Shown here piece by piece: positions 50,085 to 60,115 of a DNA stretch of 64,000 nt; position 1 is the first letter of the stretch, and each line of letters begins with the position of its first letter. The position numbers and the translations under genes were made by a program. The notes under the pieces are model-generated. The model did not search any database, was not told the DNA's origin, and saw only the letters and a list, made by a program, of their open reading frames with translations. The DNA is from an uncultured delta proteobacterium (GTDB lineage Bacteria; Desulfobacterota; RBG-13-43-22), in NCBI GenBank assembly GCA_963790475.1, contig CAWBOS010000010.1:1664001-1728000 (forward strand). Direction: 5' to 3'.

Positions 50085-50202
50085 CTTCTTGCCTCCTGTG
50101 GAGGTTAGACCGATTATCGGATGGCCATTATTAAGAGTCCTAAAATAAAATAAACATCAACTCATAAGATTCGTTGGAAAAATAAAAGACTCTAATACAA
50201 GC

Positions 50203-51145
50203 TCACTTCAGACCCGCTTTGTGCAATGAATCAATATAATCATCGAATTCCGATTGATCTGGATAGGCATAAGCCACTGCTTCTGCATAGTTATCCAATG
50301 TGAACTTTGGATTTATTCTGAGGACTTCGGGAACTTCTGCCCGGGCCTCCCTCCCTCTGTTCATCAGGATGTAGGTTGAGGCCAGACCAACATGAGCGAA
50401 AATGTTATCAGGACTCCGCAGGATGGCCTCCTATAGCAGGTACCCAAATTTAAAAAGGCACCGGCCGAACCGATGGGGTTGAGTCGGATTGCTTTTTGAA
50501 ACATAGGAATGGCTTCCTTCAACCGGCCTGCCTCTAACAAACTCAGGGCATAGAGCCCATTGGCTAATGCCCCGTTTGGATCAAGGGCTATAGCCCGTTC
50601 CCCTTCGGCAATTGCCTGGTCATACTCCCTTTTTTGGCTGTAAATAGAGCCCAACAAACTGTGGGCAAGGGATAGGGAATCATCTATCGCCAGGGCTTTT
50701 TGAGCCAATTCCATGGCCTTTTCTAAAGACTCCCGAGGGAGCTTCGTGGAGCCAGTAATTGCATCCATCCAGTAGACCCAACCCAAAAATAGATAACCAT
50801 ATGGATTCTCTGGCCACTTAGCCACAATCTCCTCTGCGATCCGCCGAGCCGTGTTGTTGTCCTCGATAGAAAAAAGTTGAAGGTAATGAGACGCTTCCAA
50901 TCCCTTCAAGTAGCAATCGAGACCTTGCTTCCCCCTGAAATATTTTTCGTCCGCTTGGGCTTGTTCCCCTTCGGTCAGTTTCACTTGCATGGCCATTAGG
51001 ATCTTCATCGTAACCTCATCCTGCAGGGCAAACAGGTCTTCCAGGTCACGATCGTAACGCTCGGCCCAAAGGTGATACCCGCTAAGGGCATCAATCAATT
51101 GGGCGGTAATCCGAACTCGGTCACCGGACTTCTGGTCACTCCCTG
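50203..51145 (-). pseudogene. TolB-like/TPR C-terminal part of an adenylate-cyclase-type protein
   Basis: QKSGDRVRITAQLIDA.SG.HLWAERYDR..D.FALQDE, TPRs; frame break near 50430; ends ...DSLHKAGLK*. Confidence 0.8.
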
Positions 51146-53248
51146 GGCCAGCATCAGTTGGGCAACAGCCATGGTCAATCCATACTGAATCTTTTGAGCA
51201 TAATCGAGCGCCAGCTTTCCCTCATAAGACGCCTGATCGAGGTCTTTCCTGATAAAGGCGATACGAGCCAGATGGATATGGTAAAAAGCCCGCTCCCCAT
51301 TAGACAACTGTTCAACCCCGGACGACATCTTTCCCACCCACCCTTCGGCGCCTTTCAAATCCAGCCGGTCTATCAAGCCCATGGCCGCGTGGATATAAAA
51401 AAACCCATCAGCAAAATGGGCACCTGTTTCTCTTGAGATTTTCAGCCCTTCATTGACCGCCGCGATCATTTCCCGGTGTAGTCCGGGAAAAAGGGTGTAA
51501 TAGGCCTGAGCACTCCAAAAGATAATTGAACCGAACGGCTGGGCATAGGGGTAGCGCGATAATTGCCGCAGGCGGTCCAGCATAGGCAACGCCTCCTGCA
51601 CGCTGGTGTAGAACAGACGGTGAATGAATAGAGAAATTATCGCATGCACCTTGAAGGTAATAGTCGGCGGTAATTCCGCGATCTCCAAAGCGCGCCCGGC
51701 CCAGGTCTCGGCCTCCGGATGGGAGATATCCCCCATTACTGAAGCCGTGATCAGGCCGGCTATGACGGAAGCCTCCATTTCTTCATTAGGAAATTGCCCG
51801 ATAGGAGCCACAAGGTCAATTAGCACGTCATACCAGTGATCAAGGAGTTTATAATTATCATCACTCAAAAAAATGGCATTGACCATGCCCGAGGCCGCCA
51901 ATATGGCCCCGATAGTATCGCCCCCGGCCTGAAATCCGGCAAAGGTCTTCTCGAAGGTAAGCCGGGCCTGAGCCGGAGAAAAGGGCAGGATGCTCAATCC
52001 TTTCCAATAAGAAAGCCAGGGATTGGCCTCCAGCAGAGTTGCGGGCAGACTCTCCAGCCATTCCTGCAGAGGATGATGCCGGCCCTGTTTAAGCATATCC
52101 GGGGCGTGAACCAGCACCAGTCCCGCCAAGGCTTTCCAATCGCCAATCTCCCGCAGCAGGGAAACCGCGGCCTCGGTCTGGCCATCCTGCTCAAGGAGAA
52201 TGGCCGCCTGATGGAGCAAAGTCGATAGCGCTTCGGGGAAAAAAGTCTCCCGGGCGCGGGCCATCAGGAAATCCCTATACAAAGGATGAAACTGATAAAC
52301 AGGCTCAGTGGAATAATGCCTTTCGGTAAAGTAATTATTTCTGCTGAGTCTCGATAGAATCCTATCAGCATTAGAGAGGCCGGTAAGCTGTTCCGCTGCT
52401 TTTATGGTAATCTTAGGCAAAAAGGCGGTCTTGAGTAAAAAATCCTGGATCTCCTGATCTGTTTTATTGAAGAACTCATTCCCGAAATAATCGATGATCT
52501 CCTCCGGAGCCATCTTCCCAAACAAATGGGGCTCCACCCCCCTCTTCATGCTCTCCAGCATCAAGACCAGGCCGGCGACCCAGCCGTCGGCGGCCTGGTG
52601 CAATTGCCTGATGACGTCTTTTGAAGGGATCTCTTGGGCTTTCAAAGGCACAATCCCGCTCGTCTCCTCCAAGGTTAAACGGAGGTCATTCCAGCCGACC
52701 GTTTTCACCAATCCATTGATCCTCAACTTGACCAAGGCGGGTGGCAGGTCATGGCGGCTTATGATGAAGGCATTGATTCCGTCGGGTATCGCGCTGATCC
52801 CCTTATTGACCACCTCATGAAAATCGGATTCAGCCGGTACAGTCTGAAAATTATCCAGTACCAGGACGGAAGGCGGCTTAAGCCGGTTGAAAAGGTTCTC
52901 AAAGAACCTCAAGGTAAAGGTGGATATGCCTTGCAAGTATTCGGGGGTTAAAAGGGGCAGGGGTTTTCTTCTTTGAGGGGCTGCCTTCTTTGCCGCCAAC
53001 CCCAGGTAATTGAAAAAGGTAGCGAGATCCGCATCTCCTTCATCCACCTGGTACCAAAGGCAGGGAATCTTATAGGCTTCGAGGAAGCTGGCGACCAGAG
53101 TCGTCTTTCCGGAGCCGGCCGGGGCGGAAATCCAAGTCACCGGATATTTTCGTGTTTCATCAAGTAAGCCAAACAGCCTTTCCCTGGGGAAAACTCCCCG
53201 GATTCTCGGGCGCGTGATTTTGGCTAAGGGAGCGGGTCTCTCCGGCAT
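51095..53248 (-). pseudogene. MalT-like STAND ATPase regulator, C-terminally truncated
   Basis: R.RL, APAGSGKTT, LVLDN, GWVAGL, YQFHPL.RDFL; no DNA-binding domain; runs into the TolB/TPR remnant. Confidence 0.8.
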
Positions 53249-53431
53249 GGTCTCTCCACGACTTGATATCTTTTTATTTCAAGTTACTCTGCCATAAACA
53301 TTATTATATTTGGGTGCCACATTTAATAAGAGAGTACCGTTCGTCGTTTATCGTTCGGCGTTAGGCGAACCCCAATTTTAATGTTTTGTGGTGCCCGCCA
53401 GAATCGGGTATGAGGGTTTAATAGGCCAAAC

Positions 53432-53464
53432 AAAAAAACCCCACTTCAAGTCAGAAGTGGGGTT
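53432..53464 (-). terminator. Intrinsic terminator
   Basis: AACCCCACTTC-N6-GAAGTGGGGTT followed by a T tract on the minus strand. Confidence 0.75.
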
Positions 53465-53799
53465 ATATTATTTCTCTCATGGTTTGCCTCCCCAATAGGG
53501 TCCAATTCAAGAAAACAACAACACTTGATTTTAAAATATCAATTATTCTCTGGAATTGTCAAGTTTTTTCTGCCTATTCTGTTAATAATCTTGACTTATT
53601 TCGGATATTGGGTTCAAGGCTTCTATGAATCGGCCAAGATTTGAGCGGGGCAAAAAGAAGGAAAGCTCTATATCAGGAAGCATAAAGGATGCAATTCCCA
53701 TTGACGAAATCCACGGGAGACATTACTATCAAAACCTCGCCGAAAGCGAACAGGCTTCATAGGAAAACGAATATCTTAAAAAAGGAAGGATTACAAAAG

Positions 53800-54993
53800 A
53801 TGCTTAGACGTTCCACCATAACCTGGATATTTATTGCCGGGCTCATCCTCAGTCTGTTTTCGGTTTTATCAGTATCCGCCCAAACCAAAGAGGTTGCAGA
53901 AAAGGTTACGGCCAAAAATGATTACAGCCAGTCGTCCAACTGGTTGTGCCGGCCGGGAGGGCAGGATGCTTGCGCGGTTGATCAGGCCAGCACCATTATT
54001 GCAGCCGACGGCACCCTGACTCGGGAAGACTGGAAGGCCAACCCCGATCCGCCCATTGACTGTTTTTACGTTTACCCTACGGTATCCAACGATCCGACTC
54101 CGAACAGTGATATGATCGCCGGACCGGAAGAAAAAAGCGTAATTCAGCAACAATTTGCCCGGTTCGGCTCACAATGCCGGGTCTATGCCCCGCTCTATCG
54201 CCAAGTCACTCTGACCGCTCTTCGGGCCGGAATGACGGGAAAACCGATGGCGGTGGATATTAAGCTTCCCTATCAAGATGTTCTCGATGCCTGGAACTAT
54301 TACCTTCAGCACGACAATAAAGGGAGGGGCGTGGTTTTAATCGGTCACTCTCAAGGTTCGGGGGTCCTCAACTACCTCATTCAAAATGATATTGAAGGCA
54401 AGCCCATTCAGTCTCAAATCATTTCCGCCCTGCTGCTCGGTTCTCGGGTTCAGGTCCCGCCAAACAAAGACGTGGGTGGCACATTTAAAAAGATGCCTCT
54501 GTGTCGCAAGACCGGCGAGATCGGATGTATTATTACCTATGCCTCATTTCGATCTACGGTCCCGCCGCCGGGAAACAGCCGATTTGCTAAAGGCCAGGGC
54601 GATACGGTGGCGGCCTGTACCAATCCGGCGGCCCTCGGCGGCGGCAGCGGCGACCTGCATGCCTACCTGTCCTCCCGAGGCAGACCCGGTTCCCCTACGG
54701 AAACGTTCGCCTGGGTTACGCCCAAAAAGGAAATCCAGACGCCCTTTGTCAGTCTGCCCGGGATGCTCACCGGACAGTGTGTTTCCAATAAGCACGGATC
54801 GTATCTGGAAATTACCGTCCATGGCGACCCCAAGGATCCTCGGACTGATGATATTCCGGGAGATGTGGTGGTCGGAGGGCAGATTCAGGCCGATTGGGGC
54901 CTCCATTTGATCGATGTCAATCTGGCCATGGGCAATCTGATCGACATCGTAAAGCAGCAGACCAAAGTCTATCTGGAGTCAAAAAAGAAGTAA
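53800..54993 (+). CDS. Secreted DUF3089-like alpha/beta hydrolase
   Basis: Signal peptide; DCFYVYPTVS, APLYRQ, GHSQGS, CTNPA, WGLH..D. Confidence 0.85.
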   Translation: MLRRSTITWIFIAGLILSLFSVLSVSAQTKEVAEKVTAKNDYSQSSNWLCRPGGQDACAVDQASTIIAADGTLTREDWKANPDPPIDCFYVYPTVSNDPTPNSDMIAGPEEKSVIQQQFARFGSQCRVYAPLYRQVTLTALRAGMTGKPMAVDIKLPYQDVLDAWNYYLQHDNKGRGVVLIGHSQGSGVLNYLIQNDIEGKPIQSQIISALLLGSRVQVPPNKDVGGTFKKMPLCRKTGEIGCIITYASFRSTVPPPGNSRFAKGQGDTVAACTNPAALGGGSGDLHAYLSSRGRPGSPTETFAWVTPKKEIQTPFVSLPGMLTGQCVSNKHGSYLEITVHGDPKDPRTDDIPGDVVVGGQIQADWGLHLIDVNLAMGNLIDIVKQQTKVYLESKKK

Positions 54994-55113
54994 AAGAGGA
55001 AGACAGATTGTCTTGCCTTTCTTCAGGATGAGTTGATTCTGGGGGGGATTTTAAGATGACTCGTGTTTTAGAAATTTTCTTGACTTAAGCTTATTTATCC
55101 GTACAATGTACAT

Positions 55114-55383
55114 ATGATCCAGTTAAGGTTTGAGTGGGACAAGAAGAAAGAAAAGATCAATATCAGAAAGCATGGCATTTCCTTTGATGAAGCACGCACG
55201 GTCTTTTATGACGAGAAGGCTATCCAATTTTTTGATCCCGAACATTTGGAGGATGAGGACCGTTTTCTTCTTCTTGGCATAAGTTCTAAATTGCGGATTC
55301 TTATCGTTTGCCATTGTTTTCGGGAAAGCGAAACGGTCATTCGGCTTTTCTCGGCAAGGAAAGCGGACCAGGAAGAAGAATAG
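55114..55383 (+). CDS. brnT: BrnT family toxin, probably shortened by a premature TAG
   Basis: FEWD..K...N..KHGISF.EA..VF.D, IR..SARKA; frame continues past the TAG to a TGA overlapping the brnA ATG. Confidence 0.85.
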   Translation: MIQLRFEWDKKKEKINIRKHGISFDEARTVFYDEKAIQFFDPEHLEDEDRFLLLGISSKLRILIVCHCFRESETVIRLFSARKADQEEE

Positions 55384-55403
55384 GAATATTGGAGGCGAAG
55401 GAG

Positions 55404-55622
55404 ATGAAAGACCATTATGATTTTTCCAAAATGAAAGGGCGTAAAAACCCCTATATCAAATACCTGAAGCAACCGGTCACTATGCGGTTAGACAGTGAAA
55501 CCATTGCCTACTTCAAGTCGATTGCCGAGGAAACGGGCATTCCCTATCAAAGCTTGATCAATTTCTATCTCCGCGATTGTGCAGTCCACCGTCGCAAATT
55601 GGAAATGAATTGGGTTGGTTGA
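55404..55622 (+). CDS. brnA: BrnA/CopG-like antitoxin
   Basis: MKDHYDFS..KGRKNPY, VTMRLD, GIPYQSLIN.YL. Confidence 0.88.
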   Translation: MKDHYDFSKMKGRKNPYIKYLKQPVTMRLDSETIAYFKSIAEETGIPYQSLINFYLRDCAVHRRKLEMNWVG

Positions 55623-55720
55623 CCTGAACATTTGTCGGCCAGTGCCGAGAATAAGTATTCCTCCCACGCATCTCCCTGAAGCGCTACCGCAAAGATCTCT
55701 TTAGGTTCTTCCTCCTCACT

Positions 55721-56569
55721 TTAAACCGGCAGACCCAGCACCTTGGCCGGATTGTGCCTAACCATTTTGATGATCTCGTCTTCGGTAAGGCCATAAAGGA
55801 TCATGGTCTCGATAAACATTCGCATCCCTTCGACCGGAGGAGGATTGACGATCTGCCCAAAGTCGGTCGACATGATGCAGTTCTCCGCCCCTACGGCCCT
55901 GATGGCCTCGGCCATTTTGGCCGGATCTAACCTGCCGGTGGTAGGCATGGTTCCGACAAAGCAATGCTCAATCAAGGCCCCTTCCTCGACCATCCTTTTC
56001 TGTTCTTCGATAGTTGCGTTGCACCCGACAGAGACGGAAAGGGGATGGGTGATGATGGTTCGTGGCACCCCCACCACCTTTACCTCCCTTAAAAGGGCGA
56101 AAATTTCCGGTGTGGATATATGTCCGGTCGCCAGAGTCATATCATATTTTTTAATGAATTTCAGGATCTCCGTCACGGCGGGGAGGAGTTCCCCCTTACC
56201 ATCCAGAAGGGATATCCCCTTTCCCATAATCCCACGCCTCTCCAGGTCGCATCGTGATGTAAAAGTTGGCATCCAGACCATTTTTGTCCCGATCCTTCCG
56301 GCCGCCTTGACCGCAATAGGATTGAGACCCCCCACATCCTCATCCAAGGCCAGGCCGCCGAAAAGTTCGATTTCCGGCACGAACTGCCGGATAATGGTGG
56401 TCATAGGTGTGGTGACATAATGATGGCTTTTCAAAACGATCCCTCGCATCCCCGCCTCCCGGGCCTGGATGGCCGCTTCGTAAGCTGTTACCCGGCGGCG
56501 ACGAATCGGATCGGGCCCGACATGGATGTGGATATCGATAGCCCCTTTCATGAGTTCCGTAGCTTCCAT
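55721..56569 (-). CDS. DUF6282-like amidohydrolase-superfamily metalloprotein
   Basis: DIHIH.GPD, LKSH, WMPT, TGH, THP, STDFGQ. Confidence 0.8.
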   Translation of the reverse strand: MEATELMKGAIDIHIHVGPDPIRRRRVTAYEAAIQAREAGMRGIVLKSHHYVTTPMTTIIRQFVPEIELFGGLALDEDVGGLNPIAVKAAGRIGTKMVWMPTFTSRCDLERRGIMGKGISLLDGKGELLPAVTEILKFIKKYDMTLATGHISTPEIFALLREVKVVGVPRTIITHPLSVSVGCNATIEEQKRMVEEGALIEHCFVGTMPTTGRLDPAKMAEAIRAVGAENCIMSTDFGQIVNPPPVEGMRMFIETMILYGLTEDEIIKMVRHNPAKVLGLPV

Positions 56570-56597
56570 ATTTTTTCCTTAGAAAAAATCCCCCTTT

Positions 56598-57491
56598 TCA
56601 AACCGGACAACCAATGGACTCGGCAAATTCAAGCATCTCCCTGGCCATCTTGACCATGGCATAATCGATCATGTCTCCCTGATAGATGACCGCCGCACTC
56701 CCCTGCTTTTCAGCCGTTTCGAAGGTCTCGATCAGACCTTTAAAAAAGGCGACTTCCTGGGCCGAAGGGGTGAAGACCTCGTTGACAATGGGCACATGGG
56801 TGGGGTGCATCACGGTTTGCCCTCTGAATCCCAGGCTTCGGTTAAAAATGGCATCCCTTCTCAGACCCTCTGTGTCCTTGATATCCCACCAGGAACTGAC
56901 CGTTGGATAGGGAATTCCTGCAGCCCGGGCCTCCAATACCGCTTTGGAACGGAGATAGAGCGTTTCCGTCCCTTCCTTGGACCATATATAACCCATAGAC
57001 CTGCTGGCGTCGCCACCCGGTCCGCAGGCCAGGGAAAGGCCGGTTACTCTGGCACAGGAGGTGACAATATCATAAGCATTCCGCAGGGCCTTGGCCGTTT
57101 CTATGCCCAGGGAAGTATTGATCGTGCCAATGGCAACATTGTGCCGCCTTTCCAAAAGGGTCAGCATAGTATCCAAAGTCTTCATATCCTCCACCGTTTC
57201 CACTTTGGGCAAAGCGACCCCGTTAAGCTCCGGGCAGATCACGGCCTCCAGGTCATCAAAGGTCAATCCGGTGACAAAGCCGTTGACCCGGACATTGCAA
57301 ACCTGACCCTGGGCTGAAAGGGACTTTAAAGCCGCCTTGACTAAAGGCCTGGCGGCCACCTTTTCATTATCCGGAACAGAATCTTCCAGGTCGAGAATCA
57401 GTACATCAGCACCGTATTTGACGGCCTTTTCCATCCAGGCGGGTTTATGGCCGGGCACAAAAAGCAGTGAACGGGTTGGTTTCATCTTCAT
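56598..57491 (-). CDS. CitE/HpcH family CoA-ester lyase
   Basis: RSLLFVPG, DLEDSV, VRVN, LPKVE, IETA, HPTHV, MID. Confidence 0.9.
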   Translation of the reverse strand: MKMKPTRSLLFVPGHKPAWMEKAVKYGADVLILDLEDSVPDNEKVAARPLVKAALKSLSAQGQVCNVRVNGFVTGLTFDDLEAVICPELNGVALPKVETVEDMKTLDTMLTLLERRHNVAIGTINTSLGIETAKALRNAYDIVTSCARVTGLSLACGPGGDASRSMGYIWSKEGTETLYLRSKAVLEARAAGIPYPTVSSWWDIKDTEGLRRDAIFNRSLGFRGQTVMHPTHVPIVNEVFTPSAQEVAFFKGLIETFETAEKQGSAAVIYQGDMIDYAMVKMAREMLEFAESIGCPV

Positions 57492-57505
57492 CCCTCCTAA
57501 AAAAT

Positions 57506-57621
57506 AGGTATAAGGTTTAAGGTAGATTCACACCCCCTCCACTTTATGCCTTATACCATAAACCTTATACCTTATACCTTATACCTCATTCCGTATACCT
57601 TGTACCTCATACCGTAAACCG
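57506..57621. repeat. Heptamer tandem repeats (CCTTATA-like) with inverted copies
   Basis: aggtata-aggttta-aggta ... ccttata-ccataaa-ccttata-ccttata-ccttata. Confidence 0.7.
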
Positions 57622-57628
57622 AATTGTT

Positions 57629-58795
57629 TTATGAAAGCAGCTCCCTGGAAATGACCATCCGGTGGACTTCTGATGGCCCTTCCCCGATTCGACGGGTCCT
57701 CAATTCCCGGTACCACCGCTCCAGGGGCAATTCTTTGGCCAGCCCCATGCCGCCGTGAATTTGAATGGCCCGATCCACGACATTGATGGATACTTCACTG
57801 GCCATAAGCTTGGCCATGGAGGATTCGATTTCAAAGGGCTTGTTTTCCGCCCGGCAGCGGGCGGCATTGTAGACGACCAATCGGGCGGCATGAAGTTCAA
57901 CAGCGGAATCGGCCAGCATCCATTGAACCGCCTGCCTCTGGGAAAGAGGTTTTCCAAAGGTCTCTCTGATTTTGCTGTATTCAATAGCCATCTCCAGGGA
58001 CTCCTGGGCCACTCCCACACATTGGCCGGCGTAAGGAATACGGTTCTGGGTGAGAAGGGATTTTACCAGATCGAAGCCTCCGCCCTTTTCCCCCAGCATC
58101 TGCTCTTCAGAAACCAGACAATCTTCAAAGATGAGTTCAAAAGGGGCCTCCGGTCTGATAACCGGAATAGGATTGCTGATGGTATATCCGGGCGTTCCGG
58201 TTTCCACTATAAAGCAGGTGATCTCTCCTCGAATCCCGATAGGGCCGTCATCCGTCCGGACAAATACCGTTGCAAAATCCGAAACCTTGGCATGGGAAAT
58301 CCATATCTTATTTCCATTAATCACCCATCCCTTATTGGTTTTTTTAGCCCGGGTGCGGATGGCCCGGGCCGGGTCCGATCCTCCGGAAGGTTCGGTGATG
58401 GCAAAACAGCCGCGCATGGTCGATTGGACACAGGGCTTCAGGTATTTTTCTTTCTGGGCTTCGGTTCCCGCATAGAGAATAGGGATAATGGGATGGCCGA
58501 AGGCCTCGCAACCGGCGTTATACAATCCTTGGCGGTGCTTGGATACCTCCTCCATAAAAATAGTATTGGAGAAAAAATCCAGACCCGCCCCGCCGTATTC
58601 CTCGGGAGCGGAAGGCTGATACATGCCCATGGCCCTGGTCTTTTTCTGAAGCCTTGAAACCACTTCGTCCGGAAGCTTGATAGCGTCCGGGTCCTGGGTC
58701 TGTTCTTCGGGAATGATCTCGTTCTTAACAAACTTACGGACCGTGGATTGAAGCATCTTGAGCTCATCAGAAAGTCCATAATCATGACTAATCAT
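57629..58795 (-). CDS. Acyl-CoA dehydrogenase
   Basis: ITEPSGGSD, NGNKIWIS, QIHGGMG, RIGEGPSEV. Confidence 0.93.
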   Translation of the reverse strand: MISHDYGLSDELKMLQSTVRKFVKNEIIPEEQTQDPDAIKLPDEVVSRLQKKTRAMGMYQPSAPEEYGGAGLDFFSNTIFMEEVSKHRQGLYNAGCEAFGHPIIPILYAGTEAQKEKYLKPCVQSTMRGCFAITEPSGGSDPARAIRTRAKKTNKGWVINGNKIWISHAKVSDFATVFVRTDDGPIGIRGEITCFIVETGTPGYTISNPIPVIRPEAPFELIFEDCLVSEEQMLGEKGGGFDLVKSLLTQNRIPYAGQCVGVAQESLEMAIEYSKIRETFGKPLSQRQAVQWMLADSAVELHAARLVVYNAARCRAENKPFEIESSMAKLMASEVSINVVDRAIQIHGGMGLAKELPLERWYRELRTRRIGEGPSEVHRMVISRELLS

Positions 58796-58828
58796 TGTTG
58801 TCTCCTTTCTAAATGCCAACCTAAGGGA

Positions 58829-58992
58829 TTTGATGGTCTCGTAAAAAAATCACTGCACCCCGAGTTAAGTCATTACGGTCCCGCATCAAGTGTGGGGTAG
58901 ACTCCAGCCGAATCCAGTATTAAAAAGTAGTCATGATTCTTCTGGACCCCGGCTTTCGCCGGGGAGACGATTTTTTACGAGTCATCCTATTT
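58829..58992. repeat. REP/MITE-like element (family A) with outer terminal IRs
   Basis: Outer TTTGATGGTCTCGTAAAAA / TTTTTTACGAGTCATC; core 58869-58969 is similar to the reverse complement of 10074-10200. Confidence 0.75.
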
Positions 58993-59118
58993 GAATTAAA
59001 TATTTTATCAGTTATCGTTTCTCGTTTTATCGAACAACTAGCAACGAACTTTCCCTTGCTTTTAAAAGTGTTTACCCTCTAGATAACTCCCCAAATTATA
59101 CAATCTGAATGCCTAAAA

Positions 59119-59892
59119 TTATCGTCCTTTGTAAGCAGGTTTCCGTTTTTCCGCAAAGGCCCGCGGGCCCTCTTTGGCATCCTCGGTTGTTCTAAGAAAT
59201 TCCTGAAAGGCGGTTTCCAAACGGATACCATCTTCCAGGGGAATACTCTGAGACCGGACGGCTAACTCTTTCACGGCCCGTAAGGCCAGAGGTCCATTCT
59301 CGCAAAGTCGCCGGGCGTAATCCTCGGCGGTGGTCATGAGGTCTTTCAGAGGAACGACCTTATTGATCAAACCAAAAGCCAACGCCTCCTGGGCAGTCAA
59401 CCGACGTCCCAGGAGCAGCATTTCCATGGCCACGGCATAGGGGAGTTGTTTTAAAGCCCTTTGCGTGCCGCCATTGCCCGGCAGGATCCCTCGTTTGACT
59501 TCGGATATCTCAAAGACCGCCTTTTCAGCGGCAATGCGAATATCGGTCGCAAAAAGCAGGGTCATCCCTCCGGCCAGGCAGTACCCGTTTACGGCCGCGA
59601 TGATGGGTTTCCAAACCTCCAAACCGCGGTTCAGGATCATGTCTTTTTGGGTCAAGAAAAAATCGGCCTTTCCACGTTCTTGCGGAATAGCGGTCTTCAG
59701 GTCGGCTCCGGCCGTGAATGCCTTCTCGCCCGCGCCGGTAATAATGGCCACCCATATATCCGGGTTGTCGCGCACCTCGATCCAGGCCTGGGAAAGTAAA
59801 GCATAGACTTCCGGATCCATGGCATTCATGGCCTCCGGTCTGTTAATAGTAATGAAGGCTATCCGGTCCTTGACTTCGTAGTTCAGTTTCAT
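59119..59892 (-). CDS. Enoyl-CoA hydratase
   Basis: INRPEAMNA, AGADLK, KPIIAAVNG, EDAKEG..AF.EKR. Confidence 0.93.
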   Translation of the reverse strand: MKLNYEVKDRIAFITINRPEAMNAMDPEVYALLSQAWIEVRDNPDIWVAIITGAGEKAFTAGADLKTAIPQERGKADFFLTQKDMILNRGLEVWKPIIAAVNGYCLAGGMTLLFATDIRIAAEKAVFEISEVKRGILPGNGGTQRALKQLPYAVAMEMLLLGRRLTAQEALAFGLINKVVPLKDLMTTAEDYARRLCENGPLALRAVKELAVRSQSIPLEDGIRLETAFQEFLRTTEDAKEGPRAFAEKRKPAYKGR

Positions 59893-60115
59893 AACGGTTC
59901 TCCCTTAACGAGGGTTAAAAATAAATTTTATTATCCCCGCCTCTATCCTCCCCTTTTCATCCTGGCTAAATTTAAACTGCATGATATTATTTGTCAATTC
60001 TATTTGATCTATTGAACTAAAGATGATAATATTATATAAATATAAGGAATGCCACCAAGAAATTTCGCGGGTTCATTTGCGTTAAATTATTAAAGAAGGT
60101 ATTGAGGGTAAATTT

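Noticed and set aside
57506-57621. Short repeat tracts as a CRISPR array
   Set aside because: The units are 7 nt with no unique spacers, and there are no cas genes in the window.
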